Shown: piece after piece, positions 10,215-20,769 of the stretch | Numbering within the stretch: the stretch's first letter is position 1 | Layout of the letters: every line of letters starts with the position of its first letter | Assembly: GCA_963791795.1 (NCBI GenBank) | Contig: CAWBTP010000020.1 | Span: 837-64,836, forward strand | DNA: 64,000 bases | Source of the DNA: an uncultured Acidimicrobiia bacterium | Lineage (GTDB): Bacteria > Acidobacteriota > Terriglobia > Versatilivoradales > Versatilivoraceae | Direction: 5' to 3' | Notes under the pieces: generated by a model | The model's input: only the letters and a program-made list of their open reading frames with translations | The model's database searches: none | What the model was told of the DNA's origin: nothing | Made by a program: the position numbers and the translations under genes

Positions 10215-10297
10215 TGAAGCGCTCGTCCTCTTGCGGCAGATTCGCGATGAAATTCGCGCGCTGGGCTCGGCCAGGAACCGCGACACGGGAGGCGCCA

Positions 10298-11047
10298 ATG
10301 AGCAAAGCAGTTGGTCGCGCCGCCGAGCAGGTGTATCGCGGCATCTGGCATGGACTGGTGAAGTGGTTCAAGGTCCCGGATGAGCCGCCAACGCTTCCCA
10401 CCAGCCCCGGCGAGCAGCTTGAGCGTTTCAAGCCGGCTGAAGGATTTCTCCGCTATCTCCTGCTGTTTTTCTGGATCGGGCTGGTCATCATTGACCTGAT
10501 ATTCCTTGGCATATGGTTTGCGAGTTTCGCGATCAGCCTGAGGCTGGGGTTGGCACTGTTGCCGGTGTTCCTCGCGGTCGCGGTCCTTCCCGACATCGTC
10601 GTCTACGTCGCGATCCATTTGCGATACGACACGACGTGGTATGTCCTGAGCGATCGAAGCGTCCGCATTCGGCGGGGGATCTGGACGATCACGGAAACGA
10701 CCATTACGTTTGAGAATGTTCAGGATGTGAAGATCGACCAGGGACCGATCCAGCGCGTTTACGGTATATCGGACATTGTGATCCAGACGGCCGGCGGCGG
10801 CGGTGCATCAGCGGAGCATCATGGCGCCGGCACGACAACGCATATCGGCCGAATCGAAGGCATCGCCGATGCAGCGCGAATTCGCGACCTGATCATGAAC
10901 CGCGTCCGCCGATCGCGCTCGGCGGGGCTGGGCGATGAACACAAGACCAATTCTGATCATCCTGCCACGCATATCACCTGTTGGACGGCAGGCCATTTGG
11001 AAATGCTTCGCGAAGTCCGGGTAGCACTGTCAGAACTTCGCTTGTGA
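10298..11047 (+). CDS. YdbT-like PH-domain membrane protein (start uncertain, 10181-10298)
   Basis: TM segments, then DRSVRIRRGIWTITETTITFENVQDVKIDQGPIQRVYGISDIVIQTAGGG (a bPH_2 repeat). Confidence 0.65.
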   Translation: MSKAVGRAAEQVYRGIWHGLVKWFKVPDEPPTLPTSPGEQLERFKPAEGFLRYLLLFFWIGLVIIDLIFLGIWFASFAISLRLGLALLPVFLAVAVLPDIVVYVAIHLRYDTTWYVLSDRSVRIRRGIWTITETTITFENVQDVKIDQGPIQRVYGISDIVIQTAGGGGASAEHHGAGTTTHIGRIEGIADAARIRDLIMNRVRRSRSAGLGDEHKTNSDHPATHITCWTAGHLEMLREVRVALSELRL

Positions 11048-11113
11048 GAACGCAGCAGTGCGAGCGCGACGGTGAGATCAAGATCGGCGGCACCGGCCCA
11101 ACCACTGCTTCCA

Positions 11114-11164
11114 GCCGACCCGCCGCCAAAAGCAGCGGCGGGCGGCTGAACCGTAACGTTCGGC
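11114..11164 (+). other. attC-like site (short class): GCCGACC hairpin ... GTTCGGC
   Basis: The hairpin CCGCCGCCAAAAGCAGCGGCGGGCGG is followed by GGCTGAACCGTAACGTTCGGC. It shares an AAAAGCAGCGGCG..GGCTGA consensus with sites at 20770 and 27721. Confidence 0.4.
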
Positions 11165-11360
11165 CGCACATCACTCGTTCATCCTTCACCAGCGCATAAA
11201 TCAGTCGCATGCAGTGCAAGTGTCCTCTCTTGCACAATACTGTGATGCTCTGGATGTGTTTTACATTTCAAGACTATTGCCTAAAATGATGCCTTCATGT
11301 GACCGCGTGCATGAGTCTGAAGCGGTGCATGGTTAGCCGGTAGGAACTGTTACAGGGGTA

Positions 11361-12320
11361 ATGCACATGAACAGCCGTTATCTTGTCGATCCTGAGCTTG
11401 TTGCGTTTCTCGACCTGATCCCTTCCACCTCACTCACGGCGGAAAGTCTGGCCACAAACCGGGCAAGAGCCGCCGCGATGGTAGCGAGCCTGTCGGTGCC
11501 CGACTATCCCAACCTTACAGTACGCGAACGGCACGTACCTGGTCCCGCAGGCGCGCCGGATGTCCGTATTTTGCTGTACCAACCGACGCTGACAACACAG
11601 TCGACAGCTGGCCTGCTTTGGCTCCACGGTGGCGGCTATGTCGGCGGCAATGTGGATCTTGAGGACGTACGCGCCCGGGCGATGGCAGCCGAACTTGGCT
11701 GCGTCATGGTGTCGGTGGACTACCGCTTGGCACCCGAGACACCCTTTCCCGGTCCCGTTGAGGATTGCTACGCCGTGCTGCGTTGGCTCCACGCCAATGC
11801 TGGAGAGCTGGGCGTCGACACCGGCCGACTGGCGGTTGGTGGTGGAAGCGCCGGTGGTGGTCTTGCTGCAGCGCTCGCGCTGCTTGCCCGCGACCGAGGT
11901 GAGATACCGCTCGTCTTTCAGGTGCTCAGCGCCCCCATGCTCGATGATCGCACCGTCACGCTCGAGCCGCCGCACCCGTACACCGGTGAATTCATCTGGA
12001 CGCGCGAATCAAACCGCTTCGGCTGGACAGCGCTGCTCGGCCAGGAGCCGGGGAGCGACGGCATATCGCCCTATGCGGCGGCCGCTCGAGCGGAAAATGT
12101 GGCGCACCTCCCACCCGCCTTCATCGCGGTGGGCGCACTCGATCTGTTTCTTGAGGAGAACATGGAGTATGCCCGGCGACTCATCCACGCTGGCGTGCCA
12201 ACAGAGCTTCATGTGTACCCAAGGGCGTACCATGGGTTTCAGATGGTTCCTTCTGCCTGGGTGACACAGGCTGTCGCACGCGAGCAGATCAGCGCTATTC
12301 GGCGGGCACTAAAGTTGTAA
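11361..12320 (+). CDS. alpha/beta hydrolase, esterase/lipase (HSL-like family)
   Basis: HGGGY oxyanion motif, GGSAGG nucleophile elbow, conserved His near the C-terminus. Confidence 0.85.
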   Translation: MHMNSRYLVDPELVAFLDLIPSTSLTAESLATNRARAAAMVASLSVPDYPNLTVRERHVPGPAGAPDVRILLYQPTLTTQSTAGLLWLHGGGYVGGNVDLEDVRARAMAAELGCVMVSVDYRLAPETPFPGPVEDCYAVLRWLHANAGELGVDTGRLAVGGGSAGGGLAAALALLARDRGEIPLVFQVLSAPMLDDRTVTLEPPHPYTGEFIWTRESNRFGWTALLGQEPGSDGISPYAAAARAENVAHLPPAFIAVGALDLFLEENMEYARRLIHAGVPTELHVYPRAYHGFQMVPSAWVTQAVAREQISAIRRALKL

Positions 12321-12591
12321 GGGAGGGGATCATCCATAGAAGTGAGCTGAGGTACGACATGTTCAACCGGCTGGCGCTATCGGCATCCTGATAAGTATCG
12401 GACAATGACTGACGAAACCTGCTTGAAACGCCTCGTTTTACCCAGCCTGATCCAACATCGGCTGCGGCCGAAGCGCAGGGCGATAAGCGGCGCGCGAGAT
12501 AAGATTGAGCCGCTAGGCGGCGCTTGATGCAAGTTACAGCGAGTGCTGAAGCAAGCCATCGCTGCTGAGCAACAGCGCGGTTCGGTGCGAG

Positions 12592-12718
12592 GCCCAACAA
12601 CCGGCTGAAGCTGACCCGGCTTACGCGTTCTTTTTGGAAACGGCAGCGAGACTTTCCAAGGTTCTCTCCGGCTCTCCAGCAGTGGGAAGCCGGGCAGCTT
12701 AGCCGAGAGACGTTAGGC
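12592..12718 (+). other. attC-like site (long class, 127 bp): GCCCAAC ... GTTAGGC
   Basis: Core-site pair, with a long imperfect stem (CCGGCTGAAGCTGACCCGGCTTACGCG pairs with CAGCAGTGGGAAGCCGGGCAGCTTAGCCG) and a central GGAAAC...TTTCC hairpin. The next ATG is at 12726. Confidence 0.7.
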
Positions 12719-12725
12719 ATCGCTT

Positions 12726-13376
12726 ATGGCAGCGTCGCAAGAGCTTCACCCCACGGCGGCAATGCTTCTTCCATACGAAGAGCGCCTCAAAGACGACATG
12801 TTGTACTTCAGAAAACTGGGCGTGAAGTACGAAGCAGACGCTCTCATTGACCTGCTAAAGCGCGAAAAGCCAAAGTCGGCCATGCCAGTCGCTTGCCACA
12901 GTTTGGCCGACCTGAACGCAAAGCAGGCTATTCCAGTCCTTAAGACACTAGCTGACTATCCAGTACAGGACGTAAAGGCAACGTCAGTGTTAGCGGTGGC
13001 TAGACTAGCCGGAAGCGACGAGACACCGTGGCTCGTTGAATGCCTTTCTAAGAAAAGGACGTTAAAGGGCTATGTGCTATGGGCTCTAGCCGCGGTCGGA
13101 GATCCTGCGGCATACGGGGCCGTGAAAACATGGTTTGAGAAGCATCTTCGGAAACTCGAGAGAAATCCGAATAGTGATTCGCTCGGAAATGTGGTGTTTG
13201 CCGTTGCGTACCTTGAACAAATGACAGAACACCGTCCCGAAGTTGTAGGGTTGCTTGATCGCTTCAAACTTGTGGCGCCAAAGCTCCCGCGAAACATTCC
13301 GTCAGAACTTGGCCACTTCACACGAACGTTTGCAGACTGGAAAAACAAGCATGGCCCGGGGGAGAGCGATGTCTAA
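12726..13376 (+). CDS. hypothetical protein (helical-repeat-like; lower GC than neighbours); cassette
   Basis: 216-aa intact ORF. Its stop codon TAA lies inside the inverse core GTCTAAC of the following attC-like site. Confidence 0.65.
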   Translation: MAASQELHPTAAMLLPYEERLKDDMLYFRKLGVKYEADALIDLLKREKPKSAMPVACHSLADLNAKQAIPVLKTLADYPVQDVKATSVLAVARLAGSDETPWLVECLSKKRTLKGYVLWALAAVGDPAAYGAVKTWFEKHLRKLERNPNSDSLGNVVFAVAYLEQMTEHRPEVVGLLDRFKLVAPKLPRNIPSELGHFTRTFADWKNKHGPGESDV

Positions 13377-13499
13377 CGAAAGGCTTGCAGCGAACCCAGG
13401 TTGACGCGTTTTTTTTGGAAACGGCGGTAGAATTCTTCCAAACACGCTCTGCGTCCCCAGCAGTGGGAGGCGGGGCGGCTTAGCTGGGAATCGTTAAGC
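13371..13499 (+). other. attC-like site (long class): GTCTAAC ... GTTAAGC
   Basis: Near-identical to the 12592 element. The stop codon is embedded in RYYYAAC. The next ATG is at 13523 with an SD. Confidence 0.7.
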
Positions 13500-13522
13500 G
13501 GACGAAAGGCAGAAGGACGTCG

Positions 13523-14380
13523 ATGACAGATCCAATCAGACGCAAGATACTGAAAACGGGAGCCGCGGCGACGGTGATGGCCGCTGCGCCGCGCGTGTTT
13601 GCGCAGCAGACTAGGAAAGGGGGAGCTGCCATGTCCTTCTACGAAAAAGGCGCCGTTCGCATCCACTATGAGGAGACCGGCTCCGGCTTCCCATTAATGC
13701 TCATCGCCGGCGGGGGGCTGAACTCGACGATCTCCGGCCTGACCAATCCCTTCAACCCGATCGAGGAGTTCAAAGGAGAGTACCGCTGCATCGCGTCGGA
13801 CCTGCGCAACGCCAACAGCGGCCAGTCCTCCGGCCCGCTCGAGATCGACCGGCCGTGGGATGCCTATACCGATGACCACCTCGGTCTGATGGATCACCTG
13901 GGCATCGAGAAGTTCATGGTGCTGGGCTTCTGCATTGGCGGCCCTTTCATTTGGAACCTCCTCCGGCGGGCGCCGAATCGTGTGGTCGCCGCCGTGCTGG
14001 CGCAGCCCAGCGGGTCCCGTCCGGAGATGCGCGATCTTTTCTACGACAACAATATGAAGGGTTGGGGTCCGGTGCTGGTAAAGCGCCGGCCCGAGATCTC
14101 GATGGAGATGGTCGACAAGTTTCTGACCAAGATGTACCGCACCAACCCCGATTTCGTCTTCACCGTGACACGCGACTTCGTGCGCAACTGCCAGACGCCA
14201 GTACTGATCCTCCCGGACGATATTCCGGCGCATCCGTACGCTGTCGCCATGGAGGCCGCAATGCTCGCGCCGAAGGCCGAAGTGAGCATGTTCCCGTGGA
14301 AGGAGCCCAAAGAACGGATTCCATTGGCGGTACGCCAGATACGTTCCTTCCTCCGGGCGCATCGGCCTGCCCCTGCTTAG
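13523..14380 (+). CDS. alpha/beta-fold hydrolase with twin-arginine signal peptide
   Basis: N-terminal RRKILKTGAAATVMAAAPRVFA, then an alpha/beta hydrolase core. Confidence 0.8.
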   Translation: MTDPIRRKILKTGAAATVMAAAPRVFAQQTRKGGAAMSFYEKGAVRIHYEETGSGFPLMLIAGGGLNSTISGLTNPFNPIEEFKGEYRCIASDLRNANSGQSSGPLEIDRPWDAYTDDHLGLMDHLGIEKFMVLGFCIGGPFIWNLLRRAPNRVVAAVLAQPSGSRPEMRDLFYDNNMKGWGPVLVKRRPEISMEMVDKFLTKMYRTNPDFVFTVTRDFVRNCQTPVLILPDDIPAHPYAVAMEAAMLAPKAEVSMFPWKEPKERIPLAVRQIRSFLRAHRPAPA

Positions 14381-14443
14381 ACGGCGGCGTCTATCAGACA
14401 AGGCGGCTGACGTCCAGTGACCGCGTCAGACCTTGCTGACGCC

Positions 14444-14490
14444 GTCTAACCTTGCGTTGCACCGACGGCGGCCGGTGCGGAACGTTAGGC
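14444..14490 (+). other. attC-like site (short): GTCTAAC ... GTTAGGC, preceded by an inverted repeat TTAGACGGCGGCGTC / GACGCCGTCTAA
   Basis: Canonical core pair. The next ATG (14527) is 37 bp downstream with a GAGAGGA SD. Confidence 0.5.
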
Positions 14491-14526
14491 AGCAAACACG
14501 ATATGGCGACGCCTCAGAGAGGATCA

Positions 14527-15389
14527 TGAAATATCTAAGTAAAGTAATCGTGATCGCCTGCGCTATTGTGGTGCTGCTTGGATCAACCCGTGTGGCGGCT
14601 CAGGTAAGCGTTGATCTCGAGAACAGGTATTCCAACGTCGGTGCAATCATGGTCTGGCGCGTCGACAGTTCCGGAACGCCCCTGCAGTTACTCGGCTTCG
14701 TAAGCGGCACCCTGATTCGTGATCGGGTAATGGTGACTGCCGGTCACTTCACGGCTCCGGCCAAGGCACTCGGCGAATTGCCACCTACCCTTCGATTTTT
14801 TGCGAGTTTCAGTCCGACGGATGCGAAGGACCCGAAGAACTGGATTCCAGTGGTCTGGCAAGCTACGCACCCATCGATGCCGCCCTGCCCACCGCCGCCT
14901 CAGTGCGATCCAACCGACGAAATCCTGGTCGCTCCACTGGAGCCTGGCATTGCCGACGTCGGACTAGTCTTCCTAGAATACTCGCCCAAGGGAGTCGAGC
15001 CCGCCCGTTTCGCTGGGCAAGCCAGGCTCGAGAGAGCCGAAGGAGCGCAAACAACAATCGTGGGATACGGTACAACGACACCGCGGAACCGGAACGCGCC
15101 GTTCGATATAGCGACATGGGATGGGAAGCGGCGCGTCAGAACTTCGATATTGCGTAGAGTTGTCGACGAGACGTGGGCGCTCTGGTCGATACCCAGCTAC
15201 GTTTGCTCCGGTGATTCCGGTGGTGGAATCTTTCTGAAACCAAGTGCCGATCGCGCTGAGGAGCTGATTGCCAACGTGAGCGACGGCGGCCTCGACTGTC
15301 GTCGTCATAACAACAACAATCGCTTGGATACCCGCGCCATCCAGACCTGGATCGACGACACAATAAGGCAACAACTCGGAAGGATTTGA
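14527..15389 (+). CDS. secreted trypsin-like (S1 family) serine protease
   Basis: Signal peptide MKYLSKVIVIACAIVVLLG. Contains TAGHF and GDSGGG motifs. Confidence 0.8.
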
Positions 15390-15495
15390 GTACGCCGCAT
15401 CGACTGCTCGTTGCACGCGAGCGCGGCGGCTGGAGAATACGGGGATTCAACGTCAGCTCGTCGTTGCTAGCCAACGGGTTCCGCGACGTCAGAGC

Positions 15496-15641
15496 GCCTA
15501 ACAACCGCGTCGGGCAGGCGCACTTCGTGTGCTCGACGAGCAAAGTCGGGGCGCCTTTGCGAACGCTCTCGTGAGCCTGCAGGACAAGCATTCCTGACCG
15601 ACGATGACTTCGGTTGCAGTGATCAGAGGTCTTAGTTCGAA
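15496..15641 (+). other. putative attC-like site: GCCTAAC ... GTTCGAA
   Basis: A canonical inverse core opens the site. The GTTCGAA end overlaps the SD 9 bp before the ATG at 15650. Confidence 0.4.
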
Positions 15642-15649
15642 GGAGCCAC

Positions 15650-16891
15650 ATGCCCAGCCGTCGAACCTTCTTGTCGCTTCTTGCAGGTGGTGCTGTGGCC
15701 CCGCATTTAGCTTTCGCGCAAGGGCGCCCACGTCGGTTGGCGTTGTATGCCAATGTTGGGCCGGTGCTCACGCACTACGACGTTGATCTCTCCAACGCGG
15801 AATTGGTCAAACGTGATTCGGTGACATTGCCTGCTGGCGTGCAGTACTGCTGGCCGCATCGCAACCGGCGCTATATATATGTGGCTTCAAGCAGCAGCCC
15901 TGCGGGCAATGTGCAGATCGGCACCGCACACCACGTGACGGCGTTCAAGATCGATCCCGCCACGGGTGCGCTCAATCAGATTGGCGATCCGGTGCGCCTG
16001 CCGGTGCGGCCGATCCACATGACACTCGACAACGAATCGCAGCACATACTGGTGGCGTTCAACAACCCCAGTTCATTGCGGGTGTATCGGATTCACGAGG
16101 ATTTCACCCCTGGGGAAGAGGTGCTGCAAGGCACGATGGATGCTGGCATCTACGCGCATCAAGTACGCGTGACGCCAGACAGCCGCCATGTGGTGCTGGT
16201 GACGCGTGGCAACGAAGGCACGGCGCAAAGGCCCGAGGACCCGGGCGCGCTGATGGTGTTCGACTACAAGAACGGCGTGCTCTCCAACGAATACAAGATC
16301 GCACCCAACGGCGGGCGTGGCTATGGCCCGCGCCATTTGGATTTTCATCCGACGAAGCCGTGGATGTACGTGTTGATCGAAACGCAGAACCAGATCCACA
16401 TGCACCGCATGCAGGATGGCAAACCGCTACCGGAAGTCGTGTTCAACAGGACCACACTACTGGAGCCCAACAACATCCGCTCGCGCCAGGCGGCGAGCGC
16501 GGTGCACGTGCATCCGAATGGGCGTTTTGTGTACGGCGCAAACCGCTCGCAAGATGTGGTGGATTTCAATGGAAAGAAGGTCTACAAGGGCGGCGAGAAC
16601 AGCATCGTCTTATACGCAATCAGCCAGGAGACCGGCGAACCGACCCTAATCCAGCACATCGAAACGCAAAAGATCCATCCGCGCACGTTCCACATGGATC
16701 CCAGCGGGCGCATGCTGGTGGCGCAGCACAACCTGCCGGTGGATGCGCGCGATGGCGACACTGTGCGCACCGTGTCGGCAGGGCTGTCGGTGTTCCGCAT
16801 GAACCAGGACGGCAGGCTCACTGTTGCACGCACTTACGACATCGACGTCGGTGACAAGATCATGTGGTGGATGGGGATGGTGCCGCTGTAA
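15650..16891 (+). CDS. lactonase (7-bladed beta-propeller, 6-phosphogluconolactonase-like) with Tat-type signal
   Basis: N-terminal RRTFLSLLAGGAVAPHLAFA, with beta-propeller lactonase family similarity throughout. Confidence 0.75.
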   Translation: MPSRRTFLSLLAGGAVAPHLAFAQGRPRRLALYANVGPVLTHYDVDLSNAELVKRDSVTLPAGVQYCWPHRNRRYIYVASSSSPAGNVQIGTAHHVTAFKIDPATGALNQIGDPVRLPVRPIHMTLDNESQHILVAFNNPSSLRVYRIHEDFTPGEEVLQGTMDAGIYAHQVRVTPDSRHVVLVTRGNEGTAQRPEDPGALMVFDYKNGVLSNEYKIAPNGGRGYGPRHLDFHPTKPWMYVLIETQNQIHMHRMQDGKPLPEVVFNRTTLLEPNNIRSRQAASAVHVHPNGRFVYGANRSQDVVDFNGKKVYKGGENSIVLYAISQETGEPTLIQHIETQKIHPRTFHMDPSGRMLVAQHNLPVDARDGDTVRTVSAGLSVFRMNQDGRLTVARTYDIDVGDKIMWWMGMVPL

Positions 16892-17002
16892 AGACTAAGG
16901 AGCGCCAGGTGTATGAGACTCGATCGCAGCGGCTGCTGTGGCGCCCGAACGGAGGCGGCTTTCGCGCCGGTTCTCACGGCGGTGAATACGGGTTCCATGT
17001 CG

Positions 17003-17130
17003 GCCGAACCTTCAGCCGAAGCTGCCCCGGCTTAATCGTTCTTTTTGGAAACGGCAGTGAAGATTTAGAAGGTTGTGCTCTGCCTCCACAGCAGTGGGAA
17101 GCCGGGCAGCTTAGCCGTGAGTCGTTAGGC
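17003..17130 (+). other. attC-like site (long class): GCCGAAC ... GTTAGGC
   Basis: Third near-identical copy of the 127-bp element. Confidence 0.65.
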
Positions 17131-17359
17131 CGGCAACGGACATCGATGTGGTCGGTTGCGGCGACGATATCCCACAGGCATGGGTCGGCCGAGCAATGAG
17201 ACTTGTGCTGGTCCCAGCCTTGGTGACCCGTATATGACCCGTGCGCCGGTCGCGGAAGATAGTGCAGGCCGGCTCGAACTGCTGCCGGCCTTCGCCATGG
17301 CTCTCATGCGGTACGGCACGTGAGGGCAGTACGATCCGAATCTTCCAAGGAGTATCGCG

Positions 17360-19393
17360 ATGTTTCGTGCCCTTCAGCGCGTTTTTCTGTGTGTCGTCTT
17401 CGGCGGATCTGCGGCCATCGTCCACGCGCAGACGCCAATCGTGGCCGCGGATCTCTACAAGCTTCGCTCCGTTGGCAACGTGGCGTTCTCCCCGGACGCG
17501 ACGAAGATCGCCTACGTGATTAGCAGCAATCCGACCGAGGGCCGGCCGTACTCGCAGTTATGGATCATGGATCTGACGAGCTCTCGTACAATGCGGGTTG
17601 GTGACGAGCAGAGTCGCGGATCGTCTCCGGTCTGGTCGCCCGACGGCACGCGCATCGCTTTCCAGGGGCGAATCGGGAGCGGCGAGAGCGGCGTGATCGT
17701 CGTGCGCGCCGACGGCACCGGCCCGAAGTTCATCGCGCCGAAACTCGGAACGAACAGCGCCGCGATCACGATGGAAGGCAACGGCATCGCCTGGTCGCCG
17801 GACGGCGGTCGGCTTGCCATCGTACATGCGACGCCCGGTCCCGAGACCGCCAACGCGGACGGCGACCCGATGGTCATCACGCGTTATCTCTACAAGCCGA
17901 CCGCGTCGGAAGGCAACACGCGGTTCAACGACAACCGGCGCCTGCACATCTTCATCGCGGACCTTGCGACGAAGCAGGTGCGTCAGCTCACGGACGGCAT
18001 CTACTCCGAGCACTCCATCGATTGGTCGCCCGTATCGGACGAGATCGCCTTTGTCTCGAACCGCGAGCCCGACCCGGACTTCGTCTTCAACAACGATCTC
18101 TTCGCGGTGAAGGTCTCGGATGGTTCGATTCGCCGCATCACCGCGACCGAGAACGCCGAGTATCGCCCGCGCTGGTCACCGGACGGAAAGACGATTGCCT
18201 ACCAGGCCACCCGACGCGGCATCACCGACCTCGAAACGACGATGGAGGACACGCATGTGTGGGCGGTGAATGCCAATGGCACAAACCGTCGCGAGGTCGG
18301 AGCGTCCGTGGACAATCGCCAGGGGGCGCCGGAGTGGACGCGCGACGGCTCGTCGGTCTACGCAACCGTGCAGGAGCACGGCCACGTCCGCCTTTATCGG
18401 CTGAACGTCAGCAGCGCACAGGCGGCAGTTGTCATCAACGATCCGGGTAGGGTCGGCTCGTTCAGCATTGGGCGGACGGGGCAGATCGCGTATGCGTACT
18501 CAAGCCCGTCGGATCTCGCACAGTTGCATGTGCGAAACGCGCAGGGTGCCCCGCCTGCCCGCGCGCTGACCGACCTCAACGCAGACGTGCTTCGCGGCAA
18601 GGCCATTGCGCCGATGGAGTCGTTCACGTTCGTGAGCAACGACCTGAAGCACGAAGTCGAGGCATGGCTCGTAAAGCCCGTCGGCCTCACCACAACTTCG
18701 TCTCATCCGCTCATTGTCGACATCCATGGTGGTCCGCACGGTGCGCAGGGACCGGCGTTCAACCTTCAGAACCAGGTCTATGCCGGACTCGGATGGGCGG
18801 TGCTGATGGTGAACTACCGTGGGTCGACCGGCTACGGACAGGCGTGGTCCGACGCGGTGTTCCGCGATCAGAACGGAGACGAAGCGCAGGACGTGCTCTA
18901 TGGCGTCAACGCCGCCATCCGGCGCTACACGTGGATCGACCGCAACCGTCTCGGAGTCGAGGGGGGCAGTTACGGCGGCCAGCTCTCTGCGTGGCTCGTC
19001 ACTATCACGAACATCTTCAAGGCGGCGATCCCGCGCTGGCCGATCATCAACCTCGTCTCCTACAACTACATGACGTACTACCCGATGTACGAAGAGATGG
19101 AATTCGGGGCGAAGGTCCACACCGCTGACTGGCTCGATCAGCTCTGGCGCCGGTCAGCGATCCGCTATGTCAACGGGGTGAAGACGCCGACGATGCTGAT
19201 GCACGGGGAGAACGACAACGACGTGCCGATTGCCGAGTCCGAGCAGTTCTACATGGGACTGAAGGACGCTGGTGTCGAGACGGTGATGGTGCGCTACCCG
19301 CGCGAAGGACACGGGCTGAGCGAACCGAAGCACACGGTGGACATGATCACACGGTCTATCTCTTGGTACCAGAAGCACTTTCCGAGTCGTTGA
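17360..19393 (+). CDS. S9 family peptidase (prolyl oligopeptidase/acylaminoacyl-peptidase) with N-terminal beta-propeller
   Basis: 677 aa with a signal peptide and repeated WSPDG motifs. The C-terminal domain carries GGSYGG. Confidence 0.9.
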   Translation: MFRALQRVFLCVVFGGSAAIVHAQTPIVAADLYKLRSVGNVAFSPDATKIAYVISSNPTEGRPYSQLWIMDLTSSRTMRVGDEQSRGSSPVWSPDGTRIAFQGRIGSGESGVIVVRADGTGPKFIAPKLGTNSAAITMEGNGIAWSPDGGRLAIVHATPGPETANADGDPMVITRYLYKPTASEGNTRFNDNRRLHIFIADLATKQVRQLTDGIYSEHSIDWSPVSDEIAFVSNREPDPDFVFNNDLFAVKVSDGSIRRITATENAEYRPRWSPDGKTIAYQATRRGITDLETTMEDTHVWAVNANGTNRREVGASVDNRQGAPEWTRDGSSVYATVQEHGHVRLYRLNVSSAQAAVVINDPGRVGSFSIGRTGQIAYAYSSPSDLAQLHVRNAQGAPPARALTDLNADVLRGKAIAPMESFTFVSNDLKHEVEAWLVKPVGLTTTSSHPLIVDIHGGPHGAQGPAFNLQNQVYAGLGWAVLMVNYRGSTGYGQAWSDAVFRDQNGDEAQDVLYGVNAAIRRYTWIDRNRLGVEGGSYGGQLSAWLVTITNIFKAAIPRWPIINLVSYNYMTYYPMYEEMEFGAKVHTADWLDQLWRRSAIRYVNGVKTPTMLMHGENDNDVPIAESEQFYMGLKDAGVETVMVRYPREGHGLSEPKHTVDMITRSISWYQKHFPSR

Positions 19394-19412
19394 GCGCGAA
19401 TCGCCGACCGCG

Positions 19413-19449
19413 TATTGGCAGTACGGGTGGCTGAGCTTGGTCGTTAGGC
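19413..19449 (+). other. mini attC-like hairpin ending GGTCGTTAGGC
   Basis: A 37-bp stem (CGCCGACC pairs with GGTCGTTAGGCG) lies directly after the stop codon. It may be a degenerate site. Confidence 0.3.
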
Positions 19450-19649
19450 GCATGAAGACCCCTGTGAAAATCGACTCGGGCATGACTGAGGCTCTTGTGA
19501 GTCAGGTTGACTGGCAACTACCTCCCTGAGTCAAGAGATGCGCTGCAGCGAACGGCGCGGGCCGTCGCGGTTCCAATTATCACGCTTCGTGCCCGCCGTC
19601 TTTGAGCTTGGGTTGTCGGGCCCATTCAAAACGTACGGGGAGGTGGATA

Positions 19650-20110
19650 ATGCGACGATTTTCGGTACTGCTGGTCCTTCATGTTCTCGCCGCGACAGTT
19701 CATGCGCAGCATGCCCCATCGAGTCTTATGACAGCAATTCAGGGTTACGTAGGAAAGAAAAATCATCAAGAACGACCTCCGTTCCGACACGCTCTGACCG
19801 ATCTCAACGCCGACGGGCAGGCTGACGCTATCGTTCTGTTGTTGGGTTCGAGCTGGTGTGGGTCTGGTGGGTGTAACATGCTCGTATTTCGTGGTACCGG
19901 TTCACGTTGGTTTCTGCAAGTACCATCACCAACGAACCGATTAGGGTGTCGCCTGAAAACACGCAAGGCTGGAAGACTCTGATCGTGTATTCGAAAGAAA
20001 GGGGTGATGTCCTGATGCAGTTCGACGGAACCCACTATCCGTTGAATCCGTCGCTGCAATCGAAAGCTACGACTGGTCAGGTGGAAGCCGCTGAAGTTCT
20101 GCTGAAGTAG
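19650..20110 (+). CDS. small secreted hypothetical protein, apparently frameshifted near 19905
   Basis: Signal peptide MRRFSVLLVLHVLAATVHA. The protein continues in a second frame (19907-20110) that ends at a stop inside the next attC region. Confidence 0.35.
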
Positions 20111-20128
20111 TGAACCTGTCCCAAGCTG

Positions 20129-20255
20129 TGCCTAACCCGCGGCTGAAGTTGAGCCGGCTGATGCGTTCTTCTTGGAAACAGTTGCGAAAGTCTCCAAAGT
20201 TCTCTCCGGCTCGACAGCAGTGGGAAGCCGGCCAGCTTAGCCGTGAGTCGTTCGA
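20129..20255 (+). other. attC-like site (long class): GCCTAAC ... GTTCGAC
   Basis: Fourth copy of the 127-bp element, with a canonical inverse core. Confidence 0.65.
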
Positions 20256-20326
20256 CCTCTCTCGGCACTTCGTCTCCATGATATCCTAGCAACAAAGATC
20301 TCCCCTAGTTGGGTTGGAGAATTGGC

Positions 20327-20533
20327 ATGAACTTCACAATCGAGCTTGAGCAAGAGATCGATGGTCGCTGGATAGCGGAAATCCCGGAACTTCGGGGAGC
20401 TTTGGTCTACGGGCAGACCCGGCAAGAGGCAATTGCTAAGGGACAGGCTCTTGCGCTCCGGGCCCTTGCTGAGCAGCTCGAGCATAACGAAGCAAGCTCC
20501 GATCTTGTACACGTTACCTTCAACGCTGCATGA
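20327..20533 (+). CDS. hicB: type II antitoxin HicB family
   Basis: MNFTIELEQEIDGRWIAEIPELRGALVYGQTRQEAIAKGQALA is the HicB/UPF0150 signature. Confidence 0.85.
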   Translation: MNFTIELEQEIDGRWIAEIPELRGALVYGQTRQEAIAKGQALALRALAEQLEHNEASSDLVHVTFNAA

Positions 20534-20742
20534 GCCAGTGGCCAGCGACAAGAGCCAAACGAGTTCTTGCGGCACTTCTCCGCATTGGTTGGACGATCAA
20601 ACGCCAATCGGGCTCTCACCGGACGCTGGCGCGTGTGGGCTGGCCTGACATGGTGTTTGCTTTCCATGACAGCGACGAGATCGGTCCTCGGATGTTGGCT
20701 AGGATTGCCAAACTGTCTGGATTGAAGCCTGAAGACCTTTAG
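20530..20742 (+). CDS. hicA: type II toxin HicA family (YcfA-like mRNA interferase)
   Basis: 70 aa: ...RAKRVLAALLRIGWTIKRQSGSHRTLAR... It overlaps hicB by 4 bp. Confidence 0.85.
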   Translation: MSQWPATRAKRVLAALLRIGWTIKRQSGSHRTLARVGWPDMVFAFHDSDEIGPRMLARIAKLSGLKPEDL

Positions 20743-20769
20743 CGATTCCTTCAAGTTCCCTAAGGGGAG